Below are positions 28,462-41,208 of a DNA stretch of 64,000 nucleotides, in pieces. Each line of letters opens with the position of its first letter. The stretch's first letter is position 1. The notes under the pieces were generated by a model, which did no database searches, was not told where the DNA came from, and saw only the letters and a program-made list of their open reading frames with translations. Source of the DNA: Octopus vulgaris. Lineage: Eukaryota. The position numbers were made by a program, and so were the translations under genes. The stretch spans positions 75,640,001 through 75,704,000 of the forward strand of contig OX597821.1 of the NCBI GenBank assembly GCA_951406725.2. Direction: 5' to 3'.

Positions 28462-29010
28462 TCCATCCTACTCTGGCACAAGGCCTGAAATTTGAGGGTG
28501 GGGCCAGTCGATTAGATCGACCCCAGTACGCAACTGGTACTTAATTTATTGACCACGGAAGATGAAAAGCAAAGTCGACCTCGGCGGAATTTGAACGCAG
28601 AGCATAAAGACAGACGAAATAGCTATCTCTTTACTACCCACAAGGGGCTAAACAAGGACAGACAAACGGATTAAGTTGATTATATTGACCCCAGTGCGTA
28701 ACTGGTACTTAATTTATCGACCCCGAAAGGATGAAAGGTAAAGTCGACCTCGGCGGAAGTTGAACTCAGAACGTAGCGGCATACGAAATGCCTATTTCTT
28801 TACTACCCACAAGGGGCTAAACCCAGAGGGAACAAACGGATTAAGTCGATTACATTGAGCCCAGTGCGTAACTGGTACTTAATTTATCGACTTGAAAGGA
28901 TGAAAGGCAAAGTCGACCTCGGCGGAAGTTGAACTGAGAACGTAACGGCAGACGAAATACGGCCACGCATTTCGCCCGGCGTGCTAACGAATCTGCCGGC
29001 TCGCCGCCTT
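28462..29010 (-). mobile_element. SINE family B trimer: one head, three ~170-bp body units, terminal tail
   Basis: Head at ~29010. Units at ~28790-28960, ~28620-28790 and ~28465-28620, each with GTTCAA.TTCCGCCGAGGTCGACTTT. Confidence 0.85.
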
Positions 29011-29019
29011 AAAATATGA

Positions 29020-29232
29020 TCATTTCTACTATAGGCACAAGGCCTGAAATTTGGGGGAGGGGAATAGTCGATTGGATTGACCCCAGTACTCAACTGGTTC
29101 TTAATTTATCGTTCCCTGGAAGGATGAAAGACGAAGTCGACTTCGGCTGAATTTGAACTCAGAACCTAGTGGCAGACGAAATACAGCAGAACATTTCACT
29201 CGGTGTGCTAACGATTCTGCCAGCTCGCCCTT
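29020..29232 (-). mobile_element. SINE family B monomer
   Basis: Head GGGCGAGCTGGCAGAATCGTTAGCAC. Tail AATTTCAGGCCTTGTGCCTATAGTAGAAA. Confidence 0.87.
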
Positions 29233-31232
29233 TTGGCGAGAATAATAACCAGTCACCGACACTGTATTGTATCTCTGTTCAGGATATTCTGTATGAAATG
29301 GTTCAGTCCATTTCATTGAAAATAAATTCCTAAAATAGAATCGACCTATCGACTACACGTTGTAAATTGTCATAGGTCTGGTTCTGTAAACTATACGATT
29401 ATATAGACTTAAAGCTTGTTGCATTCTTCTTCGCTGAACTCTTCTGATCGGTGCATCACACAAGGCCCTCGTTGATTTAGAGCGAACGTCTTGTTAGATG
29501 TAGCAGCTAATTCTCCCTCAAATCGCCACTTACTAACTAACTCATTGCCAAATGTAGTCCAAAACAGTTTGAAAAACAAACATGACATCAGTAGCAACAG
29601 CAGGAGGGAGGTGGTGGTGGTGGTCTTGTTGTTGATGGTGATAAGATGGTAGTCAAAGCATCATCATTATGAACAACAGTAGTTATAGTAGTAGTAGTAG
29701 TAGTATAAACGTGAGTTTGGTGAGGAATATGTCTTCACTTTATACATGCGACAAAGTGTAATAACACTTTGCAGAGACTTAAGTTCCTGTTTCTTTACTT
29801 AGCAGAAACATATATTAGCTCTGTAGTGGACAATCATATTATATGCACATGTATAGATGCATTAATAGTTTTCACAACCACCCATTCACCACATGCACCA
29901 ATAAAAATCAGAACGCATCTTCTCATCTCTTTGCTTAATAATTGTTTTCTTGTATAGACATGTGTACACACACACACACACACACACAGAGAAACAGACA
30001 TACATACACATATACTCAGAGAGGTGTGTGTATGCGTGAGAGAGAGAGAGGGAGAATGAGAGATAAGAGGCAAAAAGTGTCGAACAAAAACAGAAGACTT
30101 TTAAAAACTAAGACGCTTCATTCACAGAGAGAAGCAGAGACAATAAGAAGGCGATAGCTGAAGAAAAAGAAAAGATATAAGAGAATATTGGCTGTATTAG
30201 TTCATAATATGAGTTCCATTATATTTCATATAATCATCCTTATCCTGGTTTCTAATCTAATTCGTTTCCATTTTTTTGTCATATACTTTTTTCGCTGTCG
30301 TATATCCCTCAAAATACAGCAGCAATAAAATAGAGTTAGACTTACTGACGAGGAAACACAATGCAGACGAACAATATATATATAGAAAATATAAAAGAAG
30401 AATGTGCATGATTTACTGAGCCAGCTCATTTTATGCACAGAAGCAAAAAGGTCAAGTTTTCTGGCCAAACATTGATCTTCAAAGTTGACTTGCAAATCAT
30501 TTCTTTAAGTGTGTGATAATTCTTGGAGTTCTACCGCAGCATCTTTGTCCCCTCCCACGTAGTCACTCTTCCCTTTTAAATACTGCTTGCTATAGCATCC
30601 CCATCTCTAAGCACAATTGTCCAAAAAAGCAAAGCTTCAATCAGAACACATCACTCGTCCGATATTTTCTAATGGTCTGCTTACAGTTTTCTGTTCTTCC
30701 TTTTTACTCTATGATCCGTACAATTCACATATTTTATAAAAGATAATCTCAGATCGTTATTTTGTTACAAGCCAAATAAAATCCCTGGGATGCTAAGCTA
30801 TTTCATATCAGAGAATCTTAATTCTTACTGCTCTCTAGAGATGGCGCTCGTGACCAACCATAAGACTTTGGTCCAATACGCAGAGACCAAATTGATTTTC
30901 GCCACCTTTTTACCCCTCACTTCACGGTTTTTGCAAGAATATTTTTTGCCATCATCCTTATTTCTATTTATTTATGTGATTTTTCTAGTTTTCATTTGCT
31001 TTATTTTTTACTGTATGAACAAGACGTGCTTCAAATAAGGAATGACGACAATAACAAGATCTGTAAGAAAGACCTAATATGTTGCTTGGGGAGATTGGTC
31101 AGCTTTCACTGGCTTTCTGTCTGCAGTAATAATTCGGGAATATAAATACATCCATACTTATGCAGATACATACATACACATATATGTGTTACATATTTAT
31201 ATATGCATGCGCATGATATACGTAGATGTACA

Positions 31233-31302
<70 letters not shown>

Positions 31303-31590
31303 TACGTGCATACAAACACACGTATTTCACACAAATAAATATAAATATACATACAGGTGTAAGGTGTATACATACGCATATATTTTATTTTTTACGCACT
31401 TAAGCGCATACATATATGCATAAATATTATATACACACACACACAGAACTAACGTGCACAATGAAAATAATAAGTGTTAGAAGAAAGCTACAAAAAAACA
31501 TCATAAGATGTTTGCCTTTAATCGTTCCCTCCCCCTTTCACTCACTCTCTCTCTACACAAATACACACATACTATCTACATATATAGATG

Positions 31591-31645
<55 letters not shown>

Positions 31646-32179
31646 ACATATTGTGTTAGGGGAAAAGCGGCAAATCAATTGAAAATTGCTGTCGGTTGTT
31701 TTGACAGCTATGCATGCATGCTATACAAATAAATTTATCTATCATAAGGAAAGAACACAGAATTACCAACGTAATATTTGGGTATTAAAAAGAAAAAGCA
31801 TAAGAAAAATCCTTCTAAGAGACTAGGGTGCCAAATATATTGTTTTAGAAAATACTTCAAGCATTAGAGTCGGATACACCGCCTCCTATTAAATGGTATT
31901 AGAGAGTCTATATGAAATAATATACATTCGCAAGTAGACGCATATGCACAATCATGAGGATGTAACTGAAATCCTAAGTATTCTTCTATAAAGTGTATTT
32001 CTAAAGCTGCGTGCAAAAACGATGGATGTCAATTTTGGTAAAATGCTGGATGGAGCTCCCTGCGATATCGTGTTATGCTCCCTTATATTCTAAGTTCAAA
32101 TCCTGCTAGAGTTCACATACTCTTGCGCATGAACACACGAACACACAGACACTTGAATTGTAATGTAGATTCTAAGTAA

Positions 32180-32390
32180 GTTGGGGAGCTGGCAAGATCG
32201 TTAGGATGCCGTACAAAATGCTTAGCAGTATTTCGTCCGCCTTTGCATTCTGGTTTCAAATTTCACCGATGTTGACTTTGCCTTTCATCCTTTCAAGGTC
32301 GATAAGATAAGTACCAGTTATGCACTGGGGTCGATTACATCGACTTATCCTCCGAAATTGCTAGCCTTATACCAAAACCTGAAACCAATA
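32180..32390 (+). mobile_element. SINE family B, diverged
   Basis: GAGCTGGCAAGATCGTTAGG...GCCTTTCATCCTTTCAAGGTCGATAAGATAAGTACCAG. Confidence 0.8.
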
Positions 32391-32654
32391 CAAATTCAGA
32401 TTTCGAATCTTCTTCCATAAATATAGAAGGGTTACGTGCGGCGATGCCCGGGCGTAAAGTAGCTGAAGATGGCCAAGAACTGTGCATAAGGAAGGTATAT
32501 TCAGCTTAACAGATCACTCTTCAGATGTTATTTTTCATTTAAGAAATAAAAGTTTTCCAACGCGCTTCTAGACGCCTTGCGATGTCGAATGCATTTTGAT
32601 ACAGATAGGAACTTAATGCCACTTTCAAATAACCGGCACTTATATGCGTCCAGT

Positions 32655-32930
32655 ATACAGCTGGTACTTATTTTATCGACTCCGAAATGGTGAAAGTCGA
32701 GCTTGGCGAGATTTCAACTCAAAACGTAAAAACGGATGAGATGCTATTACGTATTTTCTACAGCAAGATAATGTTTCTGCCAGTTGTCTACCTCAACCTA
32801 AGATAGGACCTGAAAATTGGTGTCAGATTTTGGCTGAATCTTGGGATAGGGCGTAAGTCGATTGCTGGTACTTCATATATCGACCCCGAAGGGATGAAAG
32901 GCAAAATCTACATCGGCGGAAATTGATTTC
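32655..32930 (-). mobile_element. Two diverged SINE family B fragments
   Basis: CTGGTACTTATTTTATCGAC... and ATCGACCCCGAAGGGATGAAAGGCAAA. Confidence 0.7.
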
Positions 32931-32959
32931 AGGTAAGATGTTAATATTAATTGTACACT

Positions 32960-33990
32960 TACATTCGGAGTTCAAATTCCGCAGCGAAGTCGGGGACATT
33001 TTGTTTAGTTGTGTTTAGGATATAACAGAAGCGTCTCTTGAATTTAGAAATTCGGCAGGATAAGGAACTATTCTTTCCTCAAGCGCAACACTTTTGATTC
33101 TTAGCGATGACTGGTTCCTGGAAGGGAATCATTGACAGTTGATATAAATTCTAATAGGTTTTTTTCTACACACAGCTACATAGGTGCATGGCTCAGTAGT
33201 TAGCGCGTCGGTTTCACAATCGTGAGATGGTGAGTTCGATTCTCGAATCGGTCTGTGAGTTGTGTTCTTGAGCAAAACAATTTATTTCACGTTGCCCCAA
33301 TTCACTCAGCTCTAGAAATGAATTGCTACGTCACTGGTGCCTAGCTGTACTGGCCCCTTTGCCTTTCCCGTGGATAACATCGGTGGCATGGAGAAGTTAG
33401 GTTGGTATGCATGGGCGACTATTTGTCTTCCATAAACAACCTTGTTCGGACTTGTGCCGCGGAGGGGAACTTTCTAGATGCAATTCCATGGTCATTCAAG
33501 ACCGAAGGGGGTCTTTAATCTTTGCTTGTGTATTTGTTAATAATGTTTAGGTAAGGAACTTCTTCGATTCAACTCATTGACCTTTTTAAAAACTGTGCCT
33601 GCGAAAGCAGGATTCATAGCAATATTACCGTTACAACCAAATCTTCCCTGTTAAAGTATTGGCAAATTTGAAGTAAAGTGCCCTAACATCTAATCTCCAA
33701 AATGATTGATTCATGTTTGCTGACAGTTTGATAATGTTCGTTTTGGTCCAGAGCGATAACGATATATACCAAACTCTAATACCAGCAGCTTTTGTTCCTT
33801 CTGGGATCGCTGACAGGGTCGGCTAGAAGTAATCTGACAATACTATGGCAACTCGTCTAATTTCAGATGTGTTGTTATGCAGATGCCAAAATGTTCTGTC
33901 CAAAGTCTCTCGTTAAATCGCTGATACAAGTAATTTACTAGTGGTATCAGCTCCACTAATCCCAGTTCTCCATTGCATTGCAAAAGACTC
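32960..33990 (-). pseudogene. Helitron RepHel PIF1-like helicase remnant, interrupted by a CORE-type SINE
   Basis: Minus-strand peptides LDRTFWHLHNNTSEIRRVAIVLSDYF*PTLSAIPEGTKA, LWTKTNIIKLSANM, YPAEFLNS and LRNLN match Helitron helicase motifs (LDRTLQDLR..GG..V.L.GDFRQ.LPVIP.GTRA; YP.EFLNS; LLRNLN). Confidence 0.8.
33182..33522 (+). mobile_element. tRNA-derived CORE-type SINE (family C)
   Basis: A box TGGCTCAGTAGTTAG, B box GAGTTCGATTC, then TTGTGTTCTTGAGCAAAACAATTTATTTCACGTTGCCCCAATTCACTCAGCT, which resembles the CORE domain. Confidence 0.75.
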
Positions 33991-34013
33991 CCTCGCTTAT
34001 AGCCATCAGCACC

Positions 34014-34205
34014 TGTTTTGTCGTTCTACGTCACACGTAAATATTTTGTCGTTTTACGTCATACATAACTTTTTTGTCGTTGTACGTCACTCGTAATTGT
34101 TTTGTTGTTCTTCGTCACACGGAACTGTTATGTTGTTCTTCGTCACACGTAACTGTTTTGTCGTTCTACGTCACACGGAACTGTTATGACGTTCTACATC
34201 ATCTG
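34014..34205. repeat. 28-bp minisatellite, ~7 units
   Basis: Consensus TGTTTTGTCGTTCTACGTCACACGTAAC. Units start at 34014, 34042, 34070, 34098, 34126, 34154 and 34182. Confidence 0.93.
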
Positions 34206-34461
34206 GAGTGAACGGCTGTGCTTCTATTCCCAAATACTCTCATGTAACCTTGCACTCATTTCCAGTCGCCATTCCTCTCCTCTTCATTCTAATCATGTTT
34301 CTTCCCAATCGTAAAACACACTCGGAATCTTTCGTTCTTCCTTTCCTCTTTAATGCAGAGAAAGAGAGAAATTGGAACTGAACATCACCACCCAAATCGA
34401 ATCTGCCTCTCTAGCTGCCCCTACAATATATAAGGCGCTGCTACTTAAAAAAAACGCTTTT

Positions 34462-34643
34462 GACGTAGGAGTGGCTATAGGCGTAGGTGTGGCTGTGTGG
34501 TAAGTAGCTTGCTTCCCAACTACATAGATCCGGGTTCAGTCACACTGCGTGTCACCTTGACAAGTGTCTTCTACTATAGCCTTGTAAGTGGATTTGGCAG
34601 ACGGAAACTGAAAGAAGGCCGTTATATATATATATATACATAC

Positions 34644-34675
<32 letters not shown>

Positions 34676-34932
34676 ATGTATATGTACATAAATATATATA
34701 TATATATATGTATGTATGTATGCATATATATATGTTTGTGTGTGTGTGTCCTCTCACCATCGCTTGACAACCGATGTTCTCGTCCCCGGAACTTAGCGGT
34801 TCATCAAAAGATATCCATAGCATAAGTATTAGGCTTACAAAGAATAAGCTCTGGGTTGATTATTTGTTTGCCTAATGGCAGTGCTCCAGCATGGCTGCAG
34901 TCAAATGACTGAAACTAGTAAAAGAGTAAAAG
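34462..34932 (+). mobile_element. SINE family A with duplicated 5' head
   Basis: GACGTAGGAGTGGCTAT-AGGCGTAGGTGTGGCTGTGTGGTAAG. Tail CAGCATGGCTGCAGTCAAATGACTGAAACTAGTAAAAGAGTAAAAG. Confidence 0.88.
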
Positions 34933-35030
34933 TGTGTACCGTGATGATGTTAAAACTCTACTTGTTTGGAAAGCACCGAATCCCAGGAGGTATCCGACTA
35001 AAGCTGTTCCGCTATATCTATATATATGTA

Positions 35031-35515
35031 CAGGGTACTCAAAAAGTCTCTACGTACTGATTTTTGTATTTCAAAACATGTGTAGAAGAGTCAACTTTTG
35101 TATTGAAAATGAAGGATGACAATTTCAACACATCTTATTAAATTTTTTTAAAGTCTTGTAAAATGTAATATTGGGTTGGGGCATAATTATTTCGGCTTTT
35201 TGCAACAATTTTTTTATTCAGCAAAAACAATAACAACGTGTAACAAAAACAACTTTAAATGATTATTCCGGAGTATATTCACCATCTACTTCAATTACTG
35301 TTTCCCATTTGCTTGGCAGACGGTCAGATCGTCATTTAAAGATGATTTTGTTCAATATTGTTATTGTTTCTATTGAATAAAATTTGTTGAAAAAAAAAAA
35401 TAGCCCTAATAATTATGCACCAACCCCAATATATTCTTTAGTAGTCTTATATCATCTTAGAAATATCTATTTTGCAATAAAACACTTACTGCGGAGAGAC
35501 TTTTTGAACATCCTG
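35031..35515. mobile_element. Tc1/mariner-superfamily MITE (outer element)
   Basis: TIRs CAGGGTACTCAAAAAGTCTCTACG and CGGAGAGACTTTTTGAACATCCTG. TA on the left flank. Confidence 0.75.
35171..35429 (-). mobile_element. Internally deleted mariner element (inner), TA-flanked
   Basis: TIRs TTGGGTTGGGGCATAATTATT / AATAATTATGCACCAACCCCAA. The minus strand encodes DRLPSKWETVIEVDGEYTPE*, a mariner transposase C-terminus. Confidence 0.85.
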
Positions 35516-35774
35516 TTTTACCTTTAGTAAGAGTATGGACGTTATGGTTCCGTCTTCTTTTGAAATAAAGGTTTTATACACTTCGGCTTATTTACTTTGC
35601 TTCACTCAAAATCTGAGATGAATATCCACAGTTGTGAACATTCAACTTCGTAAATTATAGAATGAAAATATTAACATGGAGTAAAGGGAATAATATATTC
35701 ATGTTACATTATGTTTAAAACTGTTACTTATCGTCTGGAAGTCAAACAACACGGAACTAATATTTAAATGCACT

Positions 35775-35960
35775 ATGGCAGTGAGCACGCCGGGAAAACT
35801 GCTCAGCGTTCTGAGTTCAAATCCCGCTGAGGTCGACTTTGCCTTTCACCATTTTGGGGTCGATAAAATAAGTACCATTTGAACGCTGAGTAGATGTAAT
35901 CGACTTAGCCACTCCTACTGAATTTGCTGGCCTTGTTGCAAAACTTAAAAGCAATATTCT
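35775..35960 (+). mobile_element. SINE family B, diverged
   Basis: GTTCTGAGTTCAAATCCCGCTGAGGTCGACTTTGCCTTTCA...GTCGATAAAATAAGTACC. Confidence 0.8.
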
Positions 35961-36603
35961 AATGCTATTCGAAGCATTTTAGAATTTATGAATTTCATTC
36001 ATCAAGATTTGCGTTGAGATAAACCATATTTATCATCGTCATTCTACTTACAATTATTTCATCTAAACGTGCTCCGATGCAATCTGTAAAACTTTGTCAG
36101 CTGTTTTAGTCGAAGGTTTAACTACTTCACATATAAGTTTACATTGCAATTGTTAACTTTCTTTTATAAGCTGATATGAAGAAAGAAAACAAATTTCACA
36201 GTCGACTTATAAATACAGGGGGGGGGGGATTTTGACTGAGTTGACGGGGTAGAAAAAGTCTGAGAATATTACTTGTGGAACAACAATGTGAAAATACTTT
36301 AAAATCCTTCATGACTTAAATTTGTGAAAATATGAAACTAATGTCACAATAATATCTTGCGTCTGCTATAGTGAAGCGTGCGCGCACACAAACACACGGA
36401 CACAGAAACGTGTGTGTGTGTGTGTACATTTTAATAAGGTCAGAATTCATTAATGAAGACCTGAGTGGACTGAACAGAAGTAAATGAAAACAATGTAAAA
36501 TCTGGCTGACACAAATTCAAATACGTCAGGCAGTGAAATTAATTATCAATGATAAACAATGGCAAACAAAGAGACCCAATGCACACGCTTGCACACAATG
36601 GCA

Positions 36604-36634
<31 letters not shown>

Positions 36635-36636
36635 GT

Positions 36637-36714
<78 letters not shown>

Positions 36715-37609
36715 CAAGAGAATGAGAGAGACACACACACAGAGATGAGGAGAGAGAGGATTGACTAGGAAATAGGAAATAATAGCCATTAGTGATCCAA
36801 AGACCATCATATATTGAACTTAACTTTAGCAGTCCAAGATACAGCGTTGTTTTCAAAGCGTCTGTTTGGAGATGGCATGGGTTGGGATTTTCGTCGGCGA
36901 AGAATAGGAGACCAAGCGAGCAAATCTCGCTGGCTTCATGACCAGGAATAAATTTCACGACAAATTGTGTGTACTTCGCACTTCGCATCACCCCTACAGA
37001 GAAGCAATTTTCAAAATAAACATTACTCATCTATTTATGACAACGTATGTGTGTGTAAAGATTTGTGCATGTGTCGAATCTTGGAGCATACATCTTATTT
37101 GTAAGCCGGCAATAGCGCAACGTGCACACAAACGGATCTGACTTAACGAATACATTTCACTGAACCCGACTGCAGTTCAGACGTGAATAAGTACTTTACG
37201 CTTATAGTGTTGTGTGTATTTATATGTTTAGCTACTCGTGTATGTCGGAATGTGATTGGCTGCCTTGCTCACGCTTGCGCATTTTCTCCTACGTGACGTA
37301 GCATATAATGTCGATACTGATGTATTTTTGTTTTGTATTTTATACACATAATCATACGTTTGCAGGGGCACTGAGTGTATATGTGTGGATATATTTTCCT
37401 ATTAATTTTGCTTCCTTCTTTCTATAATGCATTTTCTTTCAGTGATGCAAACTCATCTCAAGCCATTATGGAATATAACTGAATTATCCTCCTTTTTTTT
37501 TTTATTCATATTCTTAAATTTCGAAATATTTTCATATTTTTTATGACAAATCGTGTTTGAATATCCACTACCCATTTCCTTTTTATCTCTCTATATATCT
37601 TACTAACAT

Positions 37610-37678
<69 letters not shown>

Positions 37679-37705
37679 GTCCGTATATATATATGTGTGT
37701 GTGTG

Positions 37706-37741
<36 letters not shown>

Positions 37742-37776
37742 ATGTCCGTATATATATATGTGTGTGTGTGTGTATG

Positions 37777-37839
<63 letters not shown>

Positions 37840-38311
37840 ATAAATGCTTGTATATACGCATGCACGCACACACAGCCGCACATATATCTGAATACATGTA
37901 CGTATGTATGTAGGTATGTATCTAGAACCACGAATTTCTCTCCAACTGCACATCCTGCATATACCATTTGGTATGCATATCTTCATCTCTGTTACTCTCC
38001 CTAACATGTATATATGTATATGTTTGTATATGATTGTGAATATGTGGTTTCTATCTATCTACATCTCCTTCTTTCCTTTTTCCCTCCTTCCTTTGAATCA
38101 ATCTTTCAGTTTCACCCTTTCTATTCATGGAACTATCTCCTTACCCCAGTAAACATCTTCATATACCCCGACACACATACACGCAAAGTCCCTCACACAC
38201 TCTCTCTCACACACACACATATATATCGAGTAATTCAATAACACATCTGCTTTTCCTACATATCTATCTATCTTTCTATCTATCTATAACACACACACAC
38301 ACACACACATG

Positions 38312-38356
<45 letters not shown>

Positions 38357-38491
38357 ATATAATGAAGATTTAGTTGGATTAGGTACTTAAATTGAGACAC
38401 CTTGCTAGTACGGTATAGTCCGCACGCCTCATCAATATTATTTGAATATCAAGTTTCCACCTGTACATGTCTGTTACTTAGTTATATATAT

Positions 38492-38548
<57 letters not shown>

Positions 38549-39278
38549 AGAAGCAGTAATATTTGTCTCTTTTTATGTAAACAAAAGGGATTATAGGACT
38601 GCAAAAAAGAAGTTATGTGTAAACGAGACAAAGTTAAAGAAACACTGATCATAGAACTAACATCTTATTTTTAAAAAAAACATTTTTAGTCGATTGATAT
38701 TTTATTTTATTTTATCTTAGTATATTAGTTTTTCGTAGCATGACACACTTTAAAATTTCTCTGAGTTTTTAGACGATTACATTTACTTTTTTAATCGGCC
38801 GTTCTATATATTTGTATTTTATTCGTATACATATTTTCATCTCCTGTGTTTCTATGTATATGTATATATTTATATGTTTAAAATATATTGTAATAATTAC
38901 TTATATATAATTCAGTGTTTGAGATGTGGTGTTATGTATAAATTCGTTGACTGGAATTTGATGTTTGTTCTATGACCAATGTTTCTTTATATATATATAT
39001 ATATATATATATCAAACATATATGTACTGAAACAGTGTGGTTTCTGGTTCATCATCCCAAAATGGCGAGTGTGTTCCACGTCTCTGCCCGACCAATGCCT
39101 TGTTCATAAATTTGATAGATGAAAACTGTGCCTAAATCCGTCCAGTAAGAACGTGTGTGTCAGCGAGTGTTTGAATATTCATCACTCGCTGGCTATCCAC
39201 AAGTCAATCATAACCAATAATCAAAACTATAGTATATATCCAACCAACCAAACACAATCAATCTCAAACAAAATTCCT

Positions 39279-39516
39279 GTACAGTTCTATATTTAAGAGA
39301 TGAGGAATTATGTACATTATTTACATTATAGACATTTGACGGATATTTGTTCTCATCTTGTTTGTTGTTAACATAACATTTCGGCTGATATACCCTCCAG
39401 CCTACATCAGGCGTCTCGGGAAATTTCGAACCTGGGTTCTCATTCCTAAGGTATTTTTCTATGTTATTATTATTATTATCAATATTATTCCCCAACTCTT
39501 AAATATAAAACTGTAC
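39279..39516. mobile_element. Hammerhead-bearing repeat (Penelope-terminus-like) with 21-bp terminal inverted ends; sister of 58328-58580
   Basis: About 130 bp near-identical to 58328-58460. GTACAGTTCTATATTTAAGAG (39279-39299) vs CTCTTAAATATAAAACTGTAC (39496-39516). Confidence 0.8.
39370..39415 (-). ncRNA. Mutated minimal hammerhead-like motif
   Basis: GACGC CUGAUGU A GGCUG GAGGGUAUAU CAGCC GAAAU GUU AUGUU (A9 changed to U). Confidence 0.6.
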
Positions 39517-39659
39517 TCTCTCACTTAGTAAACCGAATTGAAGTATAAACTAGGTACCAGGACAGGGTTGTGATAACTATTGCTGAAAACGCTATGTATA
39601 ATGTAGGCTAAAGAAAATGTAAAAATGGTTTTGATTTATTTTATAACTAGATTAACAAT

Positions 39660-39940
39660 CCTTTCTACTATAGGCACAAGACATGAAATTTGGATGGGAG
39701 TGATGGGGAGAGTCGATTAGACCGACTCAAGTACGCGACTGGTACTTAATTTATCGACCCTGAAAGGATGAATGGCAAAGTCGACCTCGGCGGTATTTGA
39801 ACTCAGAACATAAAGACAGACGAAATACCTATTTCTTTACTACTCACAAGGGGCTAAACACAGGGAGGACAAACAAGGACAGACAAACAGATTACGTATT
39901 TCGCCCAGCGTGCTATCGACCCTGCCAGCTCACCGTCTAA
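39660..39940 (-). mobile_element. SINE family B dimer with the first core deleted
   Basis: The head joins directly to the linker ATCTGTTTGTCTGTCC, followed by one full body unit and the tail. Confidence 0.82.
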
Positions 39941-40084
39941 CGAGTAGACTAATGGAATATGGACTACGAACATGGAATATGAAGTGTTAGCAAAATTTTT
40001 GTTTAGATACGTCTGTGAAATCTCATGCATACGGTATAAACACAGTTCTCTTTTTTTTACTGAATATGTTTATATATATATATA

Positions 40085-41094
40085 CTAGCATTAAAGACCC
40101 GTCGTTGCCGGGTCATAGTGCTAGTGCATGTATATATGTGTATATATATGTGTACATATTACATGTACATCTATATATATACGTCTACACATAAAATACA
40201 AAATACAAAGTTATATCTTGATATCGCTAGTGATAACAATACTCAAAATATATAACAGACTGGAATTGTTAGCCCGTCTCCTTTAATTTCGATCAATTGT
40301 ATCTTGTTCTCCCTCTTCTATAGAAGTGTGGCTACAATCCAGCATACCTCTACTTCGGGGGGGGGGGGGCATTAAAAATTTTTTTCCGGAATGTCCTACG
40401 TCCCGGATATAAAGGTAAGAATAAAATATTTCCACTTTGCAAGTTCGAGTCGAGTACTCCCTTGCACGCTCCGTTGACTCGAACCTTGCTTCTATTGTGG
40501 CGAATTTATCGCCTCTGATTAGATACCTTTCATAGTCGCACCAAGACACTTTTCGAAGGTGCTTTCCTCCATATGTTCAAATCTTCTTTTTTCTCTACAT
40601 TGTATACTTTATACACAATAGTCTTTTCTTTAATTTATTTTTTTATTATCCATCTGGACTATTCCATTTCTGCACTTAAATTTTATTTTTAATTTATTCC
40701 CATTCATGTGAAACCACTTATTTAAGTTCAAATCATTGATGCAATTTTATACCAATTGCTAATTTTACTTTTGTCATGTTACTTTAGTTTGATTTTAATT
40801 ATTACTTACTACATATAATTCAATTGTTATTATTATTTTTATTGTTAAAGTGAAAGTATCTGACATAAATTAGAGAAACTTTTTTTGTTTCCCTTTTAAC
40901 ACGTAATACTGAAATAGTGGAGAAGATATGATATTACTATGGGCTCGCTCTAGGCAAGAAGTTGAACATATTTTTTTGGCTCATGAAAGTACATGGACCC
41001 TAAGTAAGACATGTGTAAAATTTGAATGAAATTGGTTGTGTAGTTCTCAAGTTTTGGGGAAACACACAGACAGACAGACAGACACACATTCTCA

Positions 41095-41105
<11 letters not shown>
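40085..41105 (-). mobile_element. Non-autonomous Helitron
   Basis: Minus-strand 3' end: hairpin GACCCG-GCAACGA-CGGGTC (40096-40114), then CTAG|T. 5' end (TA)n-AAAACTGAGAATGTGTG(TCTG)n; the exact 5' TC is lost in the TA run. Confidence 0.8.
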
Positions 41106-41154
<49 letters not shown>

Positions 41155-41208
41155 TATATGTATATATATTTCCGTCTTTCTTGTCTCCTGGGCTTTCCTC
41201 TGTCTCCT

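Noticed and set aside
33182-33260. Possible tRNA gene
   Set aside because: The A/B boxes run into a SINE body, with no acceptor stem or clean cloverleaf. The same applies to the heads of families A and B.
34014-34205. Possible CRISPR array
   Set aside because: The units are contiguous with no unique spacers, there are no cas genes, and the context is eukaryotic.
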